64,000 nt of DNA from Acutalibacteraceae bacterium (GCA_045652105.1 JAZRTP010000031.1:23011-87010); one strand, 5' to 3'; positions 51,801 to 61,662 are shown, counted from the first letter of the stretch. Made by a program: numbers and translations. Notes: a model not told the origin generated them from the letters alone.

Positions 51801-52567
51801 ACCTCAACTCTTGCAGCAAGATAACGGTCATAAGCCTGCTGAACAGCGGGATCACTGATTCGTACGTTATCAATGTGAGTTGAGAAGGTTGTGTGACGGC
51901 AGTGGTCAGACCAATAGGTGTCAACAACACGGATTTCTGTGATGGTGGGATCTCTGTGTTCTGTATCTCTGAAATAAGCCTGAAGGAACTTCAGGTCGTC
52001 AAGATCCATTGCAAGTCCCTTTTCGTTGAGAAGCTCGTTGAGAGCTGTCTCGTCCATACCGATGAAGCCGGTAACTGTGTCAACGGTTTCGGGAGCAGCA
52101 TAAACTGCGGCAAGGGTTTCGGGCTTTTCAAGAGATGATTCACGGCTTTCAACGGCGTTGATTACGTGATGCTTGAAGGCGTCAATGTCATCCTGAGAAA
52201 GCTCGCCGTAAAGGGCATAAACCTTTGCAGTGCGGATAAGAGGACGCTCACCCTGAGAGATAATCTGAATACACTGAGCGGCTGAGTCAGCTCTCTGATC
52301 AAACTGACCGGGGAGTGCTTCAACTGCAAAAACATAAGCCTCGGGAATTTCTACTTTTTCGGAAACGTTATCAAGCTGAGGCTCAGAGAAAACAGTTTTC
52401 ACTGCATAATCAAACAGCTCCTGAGTGATGTTTTCTGCATCGTAGCGGTTGAAAATACGGATATCCTTCAGATTTTCAATGCCGAGCAGATTTTTTGCTT
52501 CACTGAGAAGCCCTTTTGCTTCATTTTCAAGTCCTTTTTTCTTTTCAACGTAAATGCGATATACCAT
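48875..52567 (-). CDS. purL: Phosphoribosylformylglycinamidine synthase, single-chain large form (synthetase + glutaminase)
   Basis: 1230 aa. The AIR-synthase-like repeats are followed by a GATase domain (GICNGFQAL ... SHGEG). Confidence 0.9.
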   Translation of the reverse strand: MVYRIYVEKKKGLENEAKGLLSEAKNLLGIENLKDIRIFNRYDAENITQELFDYAVKTVFSEPQLDNVSEKVEIPEAYVFAVEALPGQFDQRADSAAQCIQIISQGERPLIRTAKVYALYGELSQDDIDAFKHHVINAVESRESSLEKPETLAAVYAAPETVDTVTGFIGMDETALNELLNEKGLAMDLDDLKFLQAYFRDTEHRDPTITEIRVVDTYWSDHCRHTTFSTHIDNVRISDPAVQQAYDRYLAARVEVYGEEKAAARPQTLMDIATIGTKTLKKRGMLPELDESEEINACSIHVTATVNGEDQDWLLMFKNETHNHPTEIEPFGGAATCIGGCIRDPLSGRAYVHQAMRVTGAGDPRKSFAETMAGKLPQRKICQTAAAGYSSYGNQIGLATGHVAEMYHEGFVAKRLECGAVVAAAPAYNVRRERPAPGDIIVLLGGRTGRDGIGGATGSSKSHNMKSLATMASEVQKGNAPEERKIQRLFRNAEVTRLIKRCNDFGAGGVSVAIGELAPGLQIDLDAVRKKYEGLDGTEIAISESQERMAVVVAPEDADKFIAFAQQENLEAYRVAVVTEQERMVMKWKGNIIADLSREFLDTNGAVKHTEVSVTEKDLSVLKKAMFASLREMASDLRTASQRGLVERFDSTIGAGSVIMPYGGKRQLTPAQSMAAVFPVLPGQETDQASVFSWGCDPDHLSVDPYTGAHAAIYNSVAKLVAAGCDYKKAYLTLQEFFEKLKTEPERWGKPFAALLGALDAQLELGAAAIGGKDSMSGSFLDKDVPPTLISFAIAPISKQDVISPEFKQAGNPVYLFGGTDETADSLKKTWEAFHALCKEGKVKASWAVERGIGEAVMKMSFGNNIGFKSSAQLKENWHLGLWGFIVAELTEEVSLPGVMKIGETTAEPVIVLEDDSAEISELYKLHTETLENVYPTKAKEDKGEIPTYSFDGKCELKPANKTVRPKVLIPVFPGTNCEYDSARAVEKAGAEAEIFVIRNLTAEDVARSVEGFSAKVKEAQMIFIPGGFSGGDEPDGSAKFITAFFRNPAVKEAVTDLLDNRDGLMCGICNGFQALIKLGLVPYGKIIDTDENCPTLTFNNINRHQSRIVHTRIASTKSPWLSRMNVGDIVNVPISHGEGKFLASEELIKELAANGQIATQYVDLEGNATSDIDFNPNGSLCAIEGITSPDGRVFGKMGHSERIGDGLYKNVPGEYDIQMFRSAVEYFNK

Positions 52568-53829
52568 TATTTTGCCTCCTTGGCTTTTTTTCCTATATCG
52601 TGTCTGTAAAATGCATTTTCAAAACTAACCTTTGATACCTTGGCGTAAGCGGCATCGATTGCAGCTTCAAGGCTTTCACCGATTGCGGTCACACCGAGTA
52701 CTCGTCCGCCTGCGCTGAGAAGAGCACTGCCCTCAAGCTGTGCACCGGCAACATAAACGCTGTCAGCAACATCCTCGGGGATTGTGATTTCAAAGCCGCT
52801 GTCATATTTCTGAGGATAACCCTTTGAAGCCATAATAACACAGCAAGCGTTTTCATTTTTGAATTTGACCTCTGTTTTGTCAAGAGTGCCGTGAGTTGTG
52901 GCTTTCATAACAGTGAGAAGGTCGCTTTCAAGCAGGGGAAGAACAACCTGGGTTTCGGGGTCACCGAAACGGCAGTTATATTCGATAACCTTGGGACCCT
53001 TTTCTGTGAGCATAAGTCCGAAATAAAGGCAGCCCTTGAAGGTTCTTCCTTCACTGTTCATTGCATTGATTGTGGGAAGGAAGATTTTTTCCATACATTC
53101 AGCTGCAATTTTCTCAGTGTAATAGGGGTTGGGAGCAACTGTACCCATACCGCCTGTGTTGAGACCCTCGTCATTGTCAAGGGCACGCTTATGGTCCATT
53201 GAGGAAATCATGGGAACAACGGTTTTACCGTCGGTGAAGGAGAGCACGGAAACCTCGGGACCTGTGAGGAATTCTTCAATGACAACATTGCTGCCGCTTT
53301 CACCGAAGATTTTGTCCTCCATCATTGAGCGTACGGCATCCTTTGCCTCCTGTCTTGTCATTGCAATGATAACGCCCTTGCCAAGAGCAAGACCGTCAGC
53401 CTTGATAACTGTGGGAATGGGAGCAGTTTCAAGGTATTCGAGAGCTTTTTCAAGGTCAGAGAAAACCTCATATTCCGCAGTGGGAATGTTATATTTCTTC
53501 ATCAGATTTTTTGAGAAGACCTTGCTGCCCTCAATGATTGCTGCAGCCTTTGAAGGTCCGAAGCATTCAATTCCGATTTTGTTCAGCTCGTCAACACAGC
53601 CCAGAACAAGAGGATCATCGGGTGCAACAACTGCATAATCGATGCCTTCATTCTTTGCAAAATCGCAGATTGCAGGAATGTCCTTTGCTCCGATGCCGAT
53701 GCAGGTTGCATCAGCTGCGATGCCGCCGTTGCCGGGGAGAGCAAAGATTTCGGTTATTTCTTTATTTTCTTTGAGTTTTTTGATGATGGCGTGTTCACGT
53801 CCGCCGCCACCGACAACCATTATTTTCAT
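52567..53829 (-). CDS. purD: Phosphoribosylamine--glycine ligase
   Basis: MKIMVVGGGGREHAI...; ATP-grasp, 420 aa. The stop overlaps the purL start. Confidence 0.9.
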   Translation of the reverse strand: MKIMVVGGGGREHAIIKKLKENKEITEIFALPGNGGIAADATCIGIGAKDIPAICDFAKNEGIDYAVVAPDDPLVLGCVDELNKIGIECFGPSKAAAIIEGSKVFSKNLMKKYNIPTAEYEVFSDLEKALEYLETAPIPTVIKADGLALGKGVIIAMTRQEAKDAVRSMMEDKIFGESGSNVVIEEFLTGPEVSVLSFTDGKTVVPMISSMDHKRALDNDEGLNTGGMGTVAPNPYYTEKIAAECMEKIFLPTINAMNSEGRTFKGCLYFGLMLTEKGPKVIEYNCRFGDPETQVVLPLLESDLLTVMKATTHGTLDKTEVKFKNENACCVIMASKGYPQKYDSGFEITIPEDVADSVYVAGAQLEGSALLSAGGRVLGVTAIGESLEAAIDAAYAKVSKVSFENAFYRHDIGKKAKEAK

Positions 53830-53913
53830 AAGCGAAGCTCCTTTTGGTTAATTGCTTTCGTGGGCGGAGAGGTGGAGAAAAATGGCTTTTGCACCTCATC
53901 CGACGGGCTTTTT

Positions 53914-55155
53914 TTATTTATAGATGGGATATTTTTCACAAAGTGCAATAACTTCAGCTCTGATCTGATCCTTTGAATTTTCAAAGTCACAGATTGCAGC
54001 CTTGATCCACTTTGCAATAAGAAGCATTTCCTCTTCCTTGAAGCCTCTTGATGTGATTGCGGCAGTACCGATTCTCAGACCGCTTGTGACAAAGGGGCTT
54101 TTGGGGTCGTTGGGGATTGTGTTTTTGTTTGCTGTGATGTGAACCTCATCAAGTCTGTTTTCAAGCTCCTTGCCTGAAAGGTCAAACTTTGTCAGGTTCA
54201 GAAGCATAAGGTGGTTGTCTGTTCCCTTGGAAACAATTTCAATACCCTCATCTGTGAGAGCCTTGCAGAGAACTGCACAGTTTTTGACAAGCTGAGTCTG
54301 ATAAGCCTTGAATTCATCAGTGAGAGCCTCACCGAAGGCAACAGCCTTGGCTGCAATGACGTGCATGAGAGGGCCGCCCTGAGTGCCGGGGAAAACAGCC
54401 TTGTCAATTTTCTGAGCAAGGTCAGCTGTGCAAAGGATAAGACCGCCTCTGGGGCCTCTGAGAGTTTTGTGGGTTGTTGTTGTGACAACGTGAGCGTGAG
54501 GCACGGGTGAGGGATGAACACCTGCAGCAACAAGACCTGCAATGTGAGCCATGTCAACCATAAGGTAAGCACCGACCTCATCTGCAATTTCACGGCAGCG
54601 CTTGAAGTCAATGATTCTTGAATAAGCACTTGCGCCCACAACGATGAGCTTGGGCTTGCATTCAAGAGCAATTTCTCTCATCTTGTCATAATCGAGCATT
54701 TCTGTTTCGTCGTCAACACCGTAAGGCACAATGTTCCAATATTTACCTGAAATGTTGACGGGTGAGCCGTGTGAAAGGTGTCCGCCCTGGGAAAGATTCA
54801 TGCCCATGACTGTTTCACCGGGTTCAACAAGAGCAAAGAATGCGGCAAGGTTTGCATTTGCGCCTGAGTGGGGCTGAACGTTTGCGTGCTCAGCACCGAA
54901 GAGCTTTTTTGCTCTTTCTCTTGCAATGTTTTCAACCTCGTCAACACAGTGGCATCCGCCGTAATAACGTTTGCTGGGATAGCCCTCTGCATATTTGTTT
55001 GTAAGAACGCTGCTCGCAGCAAGAAGAACACTCTTGGAAACAATGTTTTCTGAAGCAATGAGCTCAATGAAGGTCTGCTGTCTGTCAAGTTCCTTTTCAC
55101 AGGCAGCGAAAACCTCTGAGTCAAGTTTGTTAAGTTCGTTAAAATATGAAAGCAT
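53914..55155 (-). CDS. glyA: Serine hydroxymethyltransferase
   Basis: [22 protein letters not shown] and [14 protein letters not shown] (the PLP-Lys block). Confidence 0.95.
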   Translation of the reverse strand: MLSYFNELNKLDSEVFAACEKELDRQQTFIELIASENIVSKSVLLAASSVLTNKYAEGYPSKRYYGGCHCVDEVENIARERAKKLFGAEHANVQPHSGANANLAAFFALVEPGETVMGMNLSQGGHLSHGSPVNISGKYWNIVPYGVDDETEMLDYDKMREIALECKPKLIVVGASAYSRIIDFKRCREIADEVGAYLMVDMAHIAGLVAAGVHPSPVPHAHVVTTTTHKTLRGPRGGLILCTADLAQKIDKAVFPGTQGGPLMHVIAAKAVAFGEALTDEFKAYQTQLVKNCAVLCKALTDEGIEIVSKGTDNHLMLLNLTKFDLSGKELENRLDEVHITANKNTIPNDPKSPFVTSGLRIGTAAITSRGFKEEEMLLIAKWIKAAICDFENSKDQIRAEVIALCEKYPIYK

Positions 55156-55177
55156 ATCTGTGTCTCCTGTAAAATAA

Positions 55178-56362
55178 TTAATGGTGGAAAAGTCTCATCT
55201 TTGTGAAAGCCATTACCATACCGTATTTGTCGGCGCATTCAATAACTGCATCGTCTCTGATTGAGCCGCCGGGCTCTGCAATATAGCTTACACCGCTCTT
55301 GTGAGCTCTTTCAATGTTGTCTGAGAAGGGGAAGAAGGCATCTGAGCCAAGAGCAATTCCTGAGAAGGAAGCAAGGTGAGCCTCCATTTCCTCTTTTGTG
55401 AAGGGCTCGGGCTGCTCGGTGAAATATTTCTGCCAGATTCCGTCAGCACATACATCCTCTTCATTTTTGTTGATATAGCCGTCGATGACGTTGTCTCTGT
55501 CTGCTCTGCCGAGAGTGGGGAGGAAGGGAAGGTTAAGAACCTTGTCAGCCTGACGCAGAAGCCATGTATCTGCCTTTGTGCCTGCAAGGCGTGTGCAGTG
55601 AATTCTTGACTGCTGACCGGCACCAACACCGATTGCCTGACCGTCAACTGCATAGCAGACGGAGTTTGACTGTGTATATTTGAGAGTAATCAGTGCAACG
55701 ATAAGGTCTCTCTTTGCACTTTCGGGAAGCTCCTTGTTCATTGTTACGATGTCCTCAAGGAGAGCCTCGTTGATTTCAAAATTGTTTCTTCCCTGCTGGA
55801 AAGTGATGCCGTAAACCTGCTTTGTTTCGATTTCGGCAGGAACAAAGTCAGCATCGATTTTAACAACATTATAATTGCCGTTTCTCTTGAGCTTGAGAAT
55901 TTCAAGAGCCTCGTCTGTGTAGCCGGGAGCAATGACACCGTCGGAGATTTCTCTCTTGATGAGCTTTGCGGTTGTTGCATCGCAGATGTCTGAAAGAGCA
56001 ACCCAGTCACCGAAGGAGCACATTCTGTCTGTACCTCTTGCTCTTGCATAGGCACAGGCAAGGGGGCTTTCGTCAAGACCTTCAACATCGTCGACGAAGC
56101 AGGCCTTCTTCAGCTTTTCGGGAAGAAGGGTACCGCAGGCTGCTGAGGTAGGGCTTACGTGCTTGAAGGAGGCTGCACAGGGAAGACCTGTTGCTTCCTT
56201 GAGCTCTTTGACAAGCTGCCAGGAGTTAAAAGCATCAAGGAAATTGATGTAACCGGGCTTGCCTGAAAGAATTTCAATGGGAAGCTCGCTTCCGTCGTGC
56301 ATATAAATTTTTGAGGGCTTCTGATTGGGATTACAACCGTATTTGAGTTCTAATTCTTTCAT
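55178..56362 (-). CDS. purH: AICAR formyltransferase (stand-alone AICARFT domain, no MGS-like cyclohydrolase domain)
   Basis: [15 protein letters not shown]... and [10 protein letters not shown]; 394 aa. It corresponds to the C-terminal domain of bifunctional PurH. Confidence 0.85.
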   Translation of the reverse strand: MKELELKYGCNPNQKPSKIYMHDGSELPIEILSGKPGYINFLDAFNSWQLVKELKEATGLPCAASFKHVSPTSAACGTLLPEKLKKACFVDDVEGLDESPLACAYARARGTDRMCSFGDWVALSDICDATTAKLIKREISDGVIAPGYTDEALEILKLKRNGNYNVVKIDADFVPAEIETKQVYGITFQQGRNNFEINEALLEDIVTMNKELPESAKRDLIVALITLKYTQSNSVCYAVDGQAIGVGAGQQSRIHCTRLAGTKADTWLLRQADKVLNLPFLPTLGRADRDNVIDGYINKNEEDVCADGIWQKYFTEQPEPFTKEEMEAHLASFSGIALGSDAFFPFSDNIERAHKSGVSYIAEPGGSIRDDAVIECADKYGMVMAFTKMRLFHH

Positions 56363-56374
56363 CTGATTTTCTCC

Positions 56375-57091
56375 TTATTTGTTTTTGTTGACCACTCTTG
56401 TTTCAGCTTCACCGCTTTCGATGTCAATGTATCTGACAAAGAGGGAAACCTTGTTATCTTCGTTGAGATTTGACCAGATAAGGTCAGTCATTTCATCAAT
56501 GCTGATGTCGGGAAGCTCAAGTGTTTTGGGCTCACCCTCAAAGGAGGGAAGGGGATCTCCCTCAGCGTTATAGGTGTGGATGAACTTTGCTCTGCCGCAA
56601 AGAGGATCTGAATAAGCATAGGTGAATCTTTCACAGGAGCTGTCGTCACCCTCAGCGCTTTTGAGAATTGACATTGCGAAATTCATGCCGTCCTTTTCAA
56701 GACGGATGATGCCTGAAATTCTGGGAGTGAAGTTAGGCTTGTCATCCTCGAATTCTCTTGTGCGAAGAGCCTGCTCAAAGGTCATCTGCTTGTCCATAAG
56801 GTCATAAATTGTGTCAGTCTGATCACCGTTTGTGACGATGGTCTTGTTGCCGAGAACTCTTACGGGATAATAGATGATAAGGTGGGGGTCTGTCATTTTT
56901 GATTCATCGAATGCCTTTGTTCTCATGTTTTCACCTTCAAGAACAAAAACACGGTTACGGCTGTTTACGCTTCTGCCCATAATGAAATAAGCTGTAATTG
57001 CCTTTTTGCCGTCGGCACTTTTGCCGATGATGATACCTCTGCCGTGATAGGCAAGGGAGTTGAGTTCTTCTTTGATTGTTGAAATCTTCAT
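56375..57091 (-). CDS. purO: PurO-type (archaeal-type) IMP cyclohydrolase
   Basis: YHGRGIIIGKSADGKKAITAYFIMGRSVNSRNRVF matches the IMP_cyclohyd family pattern (Y.GR..i.G....g.....Y...gRS..SrnR). Confidence 0.75.
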   Translation of the reverse strand: MKISTIKEELNSLAYHGRGIIIGKSADGKKAITAYFIMGRSVNSRNRVFVLEGENMRTKAFDESKMTDPHLIIYYPVRVLGNKTIVTNGDQTDTIYDLMDKQMTFEQALRTREFEDDKPNFTPRISGIIRLEKDGMNFAMSILKSAEGDDSSCERFTYAYSDPLCGRAKFIHTYNAEGDPLPSFEGEPKTLELPDISIDEMTDLIWSNLNEDNKVSLFVRYIDIESGEAETRVVNKNK

Positions 57092-57093
57092 TT

Positions 57094-57723
57094 TTATTCT
57101 CCTATATAAACTTTATTATCTTTAACGGTCAGTCTGCCGCTGCAGAAAAGCTCCACGGCCTCGGGAAGAATCTTCCATTCAGCCTGCTTCATAACTCTTT
57201 TCTGAAGGCTTTCGGCTGTGTCTTCGGGCTGAATTTCAACAGCCTTCTGAAGAATGATTGCACCGCCGTCGGGAATCTCGTTAACAAAGTGAACTGTTGC
57301 ACCTGTCACCTTCACACCGTAATCAAGGGCAGCCTCGTGAACTTTCAGTCCGTAAAAGCCTTTACCGCAGAAGGAGGGGATAAGTGAGGGGTGAACGTTG
57401 ATTATTTTGTTTGCATAAAGCTTGGTGAAATCCTCGGAAAGAATACTCATAAAGCCGGCAAGAACAATCAGGTCAATTTCCTTTTCTCTGAGAAGGGAAA
57501 TAATCTGACCCTCAAAATCCTGCTGTGAGGGGAAATCCTTTCTGAGCACCGTTGCGTGCTCAATGCCGTTTTCCTTTGCTCTTGTCAGAGCGTAGGCAAG
57601 CTTATTGTTCGAAATAACAAGCTTGATTTCACCGTTTTTTATGATGCCGCTGTTTTGAGCATCAATAAGGGCCTGAAGGTTTGTTCCGCCGCCGGAAACA
57701 AAAACTGCAATTGACTTTTTCAT
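57094..57723 (-). CDS. purN: Phosphoribosylglycinamide formyltransferase
   Basis: KKSIAVFVSGGGTNLQALID and NVHPSLIP. The ATG at 57723 overlaps the purM stop (TGATG). Confidence 0.9.
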   Translation of the reverse strand: MKKSIAVFVSGGGTNLQALIDAQNSGIIKNGEIKLVISNNKLAYALTRAKENGIEHATVLRKDFPSQQDFEGQIISLLREKEIDLIVLAGFMSILSEDFTKLYANKIINVHPSLIPSFCGKGFYGLKVHEAALDYGVKVTGATVHFVNEIPDGGAIILQKAVEIQPEDTAESLQKRVMKQAEWKILPEAVELFCSGRLTVKDNKVYIGE

Positions 57724-58775
57724 CACAGAATCACCTTTTCATCGCCTTCAATGATTTCACCGATAACATAAGCATCAATGCCGTTTTCCTTGAGAATTGA
57801 AAGTGAAAGCTCAACCTCGTCAGCGGGAACAACAATGCTCATGCCGACGCCCATGTTGTAGGTGTTATACATATCGCGCTCGGGAATGTTGCCCCATTTT
57901 GCAATCACATCAAAGATGGGAAGCACCTTGATTGCTGACTTGTCAATTTTTGCGCAGAGACCGTCGGGAATTGAACGGGGAATGTTTTCATAAAAGCCGC
58001 CGCCTGTGATGTGTGAAATACCCTTGACCTTAACCTTTTCAATGAGGGCAAGAACGGGCTTTACATAAATCTTGGTGGGAACAAGCAGAGCTTCTGCAAT
58101 GCTCTTTCCGCCAAGCTCCTCACGGGCAACATAAAGCTCCGGATTATTGTTATCAATATCAAAAACCTTACGGCAAAGGCTGAAGCCGTTGGAATGAATG
58201 CCTGTTGAGGGGAGAGCAATAACAACATCTCCGGCAGCCATTTTGCTGTTGTCAATCATCTTGGGCTTGTCAACAACACCAACTGCAAAGCCTGCAAGGT
58301 CATAATCCTCTTCAGGCATAAGACCGGGATGCTCTGCTGTTTCACCGCCGATGAGGGCAGCGCCTGACTGAACGCAGCCTTCTGCAACACCGCCGACAAT
58401 CTGAGCAATTTTTTCGGGATAGTTTTTGCCGCAGGCAATATAGTCAAGGAAGAAAAGAGGCTTTGCACCGACACAGATGATGTCGTTGACACACATTGCA
58501 ACTGCATCAATGCCGATTGTGTCGTGCTTATCCATAAGAATTGCAAGCTTGACTTTTGTGCCGCAGCCGTCTGTGCCTGAAACTGAAACGGGGTGCTCCA
58601 TGCCTGCAATGCTGCTCAGGTCAAAGCAGCCGCCGAAGCCGCCGACATCGTCAAGACAGCCTTCGTTACGGGTTCTTTTAATGTGCTTTTTCATCAGCTC
58701 CACCGATTTATATCCGGCGGTAATATCTACGCCCGCAGCAGCATAGCTTGCGGAAAAGGAATTTTTGTGATCCAT
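57723..58775 (-). CDS. purM: Phosphoribosylformylglycinamidine cyclo-ligase (AIR synthetase)
   Basis: SYAAAGVDITAG...GTDGCGTK...; 350 aa. Confidence 0.9.
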   Translation of the reverse strand: MDHKNSFSASYAAAGVDITAGYKSVELMKKHIKRTRNEGCLDDVGGFGGCFDLSSIAGMEHPVSVSGTDGCGTKVKLAILMDKHDTIGIDAVAMCVNDIICVGAKPLFFLDYIACGKNYPEKIAQIVGGVAEGCVQSGAALIGGETAEHPGLMPEEDYDLAGFAVGVVDKPKMIDNSKMAAGDVVIALPSTGIHSNGFSLCRKVFDIDNNNPELYVAREELGGKSIAEALLVPTKIYVKPVLALIEKVKVKGISHITGGGFYENIPRSIPDGLCAKIDKSAIKVLPIFDVIAKWGNIPERDMYNTYNMGVGMSIVVPADEVELSLSILKENGIDAYVIGEIIEGDEKVIL

Positions 58776-58799
58776 AGTAAACTCTCCTGTATTTTTTTA

Positions 58800-60224
58800 T
58801 TATTCTTTACCGGTCCAACAGTATGTGCATACCTTGTCAGCCGGGAGTCCTATTGCTTCAATGATTCCGTCAATTGACTGGAATTCAAGGGATGTGAAAT
58901 GCAACTTTTCGCAAATTGCTTTTCTCAGGCTCTGACCTCTCTGAGTTGAGGGGTCAATGTATTCGTCAATGTGAAGGTGAGCCTCGTCACCCTCAAGCTC
59001 TGCAATGGTGCTTCGTGCAATCAGCTCCATTTCCGAGGTTGCTCTTGAAAAATTGAGGTATTTGCAGCTGTACATAATCGGAGGACAGGCAGAACGGATG
59101 TGAACCTCTTTTGCTCCGTTTTCATAAAGGAATTCAACGGTTTCACGAAGCTGAGTGCCTCTGACGATACTGTCGTCAACAAAAAGAAGCTTTTTGTTCT
59201 GAATAAGGTCATGAACGGGAATCTGCTTCATTTTTGCAACGCGGTTTCGTTCCTTCTGGTTGGCAGGTGTGAAGCTGCGTGACCAGGTCGGTGTGTATTT
59301 GATGAAGGGCCGTGCAAACTGGATTCCGCTTGCATGAGCATAGCCGATGGCGTGGGGTGTGCCTGAATCGGGAACGCCGCTGACATAATCAATGTCCTGG
59401 GCGATTCCGTTTTTACGGTCTGCTTCAGCCATGATTTTGCCGTTTTTATATCTCATTACCTCAACGTTGACTCCCTCATAGCAGGAGGTTGAGTATCCGT
59501 AATAAGACCAGAGGAATGCACAGATTTTTGTTTTCTCCTCTGCTTTTTTAAGAACGGTGAGAGAATCTGCCGTTAATTCAATAACCTCACCGGGACCAAG
59601 CTCCTTGTAATCCTCATAACCCATTTTTTTGTAAGCAAAGTCCTCAAAGGAAACACACATGCCCTCGGAATTTTTACCGATGAGCACGGGGATTCTTCCG
59701 AGTCTGTCACGGGCTGCAATGATGTTACCCTTGTCTGTGAGAATGAGAATTGAAGCTGTGCCGTCAATAAGACTCTGAGCATAAGCAATGCCCTCTGCAA
59801 AGCTGTCCTGACGGTTGATGAGTGCGGCAACAAGCTCAGTTGAGTTGATACCCTCATTGGTTACGGCGCCGAAATGTCCGCCGTTTGAAAAAAGGAAATC
59901 CTCAACAAGCTTCTCGCGGTTGTTTATCAGACCGATGATGCAGATTGCATAAAGGCCAAGCTTTGAACGGACAAGCAGTGGCTGAGCATCTGAGTCACTG
60001 ATGCAGCCGATTGCAGCCGTGCCCTTCATTGAGTTTGAAATGTTTTCAAACTTTGTTCTGAAGGGAGAATTTTCAATTTTGTGAATTTTACGCTGTAAAC
60101 CCTTTGACTCGTCATAAGCGGCCATACCGCCGCGGCGGGTACCAAGGTGAGAGTGATAGTCAGTGCCGAAGAAAACGTCAAGGACGGTATCGTTCTTGCT
60201 GACTGCTCCAAAAAAACCACCCAT
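58800..60224 (-). CDS. purF: Amidophosphoribosyltransferase homologue lacking the N-terminal catalytic Cys
   Basis: The PRTase motif KKLLFVDDSIVRGTQ and the C-terminal Cys pair VCTYCWTG are present. The N-terminus reads MGGFFGAV instead of MCG(I/V). RBS AAGGAG lies 7 nt upstream, and an in-frame TAA lies directly before the ATG. Confidence 0.8.
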   Translation of the reverse strand: MGGFFGAVSKNDTVLDVFFGTDYHSHLGTRRGGMAAYDESKGLQRKIHKIENSPFRTKFENISNSMKGTAAIGCISDSDAQPLLVRSKLGLYAICIIGLINNREKLVEDFLFSNGGHFGAVTNEGINSTELVAALINRQDSFAEGIAYAQSLIDGTASILILTDKGNIIAARDRLGRIPVLIGKNSEGMCVSFEDFAYKKMGYEDYKELGPGEVIELTADSLTVLKKAEEKTKICAFLWSYYGYSTSCYEGVNVEVMRYKNGKIMAEADRKNGIAQDIDYVSGVPDSGTPHAIGYAHASGIQFARPFIKYTPTWSRSFTPANQKERNRVAKMKQIPVHDLIQNKKLLFVDDSIVRGTQLRETVEFLYENGAKEVHIRSACPPIMYSCKYLNFSRATSEMELIARSTIAELEGDEAHLHIDEYIDPSTQRGQSLRKAICEKLHFTSLEFQSIDGIIEAIGLPADKVCTYCWTGKE

Positions 60225-60425
60225 TTAATTGCTCCTTAGCCGGCAAAAGCAATCCGCAGCCGTTTTTACAAATGCGGAAATTTTTGCCTTTTGAGATGTG
60301 AAAAACTGAATTTGCGGACAGGAAAGTACCTTTTCAGACGTGTTGCAGAAAAAAGCACAGACCTCTTAATTAACACGAAAAGCCTTGAAGGAAATCCTTC
60401 AGGCTATTTCGTAGATGTTATTAAA

Positions 60426-61106
60426 TTATGCGAAGAAAAGCTCGGAAAGGGTCATGGGATCAATGTATTTGCCATCCTTGTAAACACGCATATTGCCTGA
60501 TGCAATTTCGTCGATGAGCATTACATTGCCTTCGGGATCATAGCCGAATTCGAACTTGATGTCATAAAGAACAAGGCCCTTTTCCTTAAGGTCATCAGCA
60601 ACAATCTGGGTGATCTTCTGAGTCATTACCTTGATGTCCTCATACTGCTTGTCTGTCATAACGCCGAGAGCAACAAGAGCATCCTTGATAACAAGAGGAT
60701 CGCCCTTTGCGTCATTCTTGAAGGTCATTTCAACATAAGCGGGAAGGTCTGCGCCTTCTTCGATATAATCACCGTAACGGCGGATGAAGCTGCCCACTGC
60801 TTTGTGGCGGCAGATAACCTCAAGGCCGTGACCGAACACCTTTGCGGGAAGAACTTCCATTGTTGTGTCTGCAAGGTTTGCATTTACATAATGGGTTTTG
60901 ATGCCTGCTGCATTAACCTTTTCAAAGAAGTAAATTGACATACGAAGGTTAACATCACCAACACCGTCAATTGTGAGACCTACTGCATTTTCACCGGGAT
61001 CAAAAACGCCGTCTTTGCCTGTGCAGTCGTCCTTGAATTTGAGAAGGCAGTTGCCGTTCTCAAGCTTGAATACGTCCTTTGTTTTGCCTGTGTAAATTTT
61101 TTCCAT
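60426..61106 (-). CDS. purC: Phosphoribosylaminoimidazole-succinocarboxamide synthase
   Basis: [13 protein letters not shown]... The ATG at 61106 (GGAGG 9 nt upstream) is preferred over the TTG at 61112. Confidence 0.9.
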   Translation of the reverse strand: MEKIYTGKTKDVFKLENGNCLLKFKDDCTGKDGVFDPGENAVGLTIDGVGDVNLRMSIYFFEKVNAAGIKTHYVNANLADTTMEVLPAKVFGHGLEVICRHKAVGSFIRRYGDYIEEGADLPAYVEMTFKNDAKGDPLVIKDALVALGVMTDKQYEDIKVMTQKITQIVADDLKEKGLVLYDIKFEFGYDPEGNVMLIDEIASGNMRVYKDGKYIDPMTLSELFFA

Positions 61107-61134
61107 TTTCAATAACCTCCGTTAAATAATTTTA

Positions 61135-61629
61135 TTAGTTATTCCACTGCTTTTCAACAGCGGCATTTTTTTCAAGAACTGTGTTTGTGTCAGCTTCTCT
61201 TTTTGCTCTGAGCTTTTCTGCAAGCTCAGCATCTGAAACTGCAAGAATTTCAACAGAAAGCAGAGCGGCGTTGACAGCTCCGTCAATTGCAACCGTTGCA
61301 ACGGGAATGCCTGAGGGCATCTGAACTGTTGAAAGAAGGGCATCAATACCGTCAAGGTATTTTGATTTCATGGGGATGCCGATTACGGGGAGAGTGGTGT
61401 TGGCGGCAATTGCTCCTGCAAGGTGAGCTGCCATACCTGCTGCGGCAATGATTACACCAAAACCGTTTTCTCTTGCTGAAACGGTGAAATCTCTTGCCTG
61501 CTCGGGAGTGCGGTGAGCTGAGAAGATGTGCATTTCATAAGGCACGCCGAACTGCTTAAGAGTGTCAGCTGCTTTTGAAACAACGGGCAAATCACTGTCG
61601 CTGCCCATAATGATTGCAACTTTTTTCAT
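61135..61629 (-). CDS. purE: PurE (N5-CAIR mutase / AIR carboxylase family; class not determinable here)
   Basis: MKKVAIIMGSDSDLPVV and SAHRTP; 164 aa. Confidence 0.9.
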   Translation of the reverse strand: MKKVAIIMGSDSDLPVVSKAADTLKQFGVPYEMHIFSAHRTPEQARDFTVSARENGFGVIIAAAGMAAHLAGAIAANTTLPVIGIPMKSKYLDGIDALLSTVQMPSGIPVATVAIDGAVNAALLSVEILAVSDAELAEKLRAKREADTNTVLEKNAAVEKQWNN

Positions 61630-61662
61630 GTTTGAAGCCTCCTGATTTTCAAGTTTTTAAAC

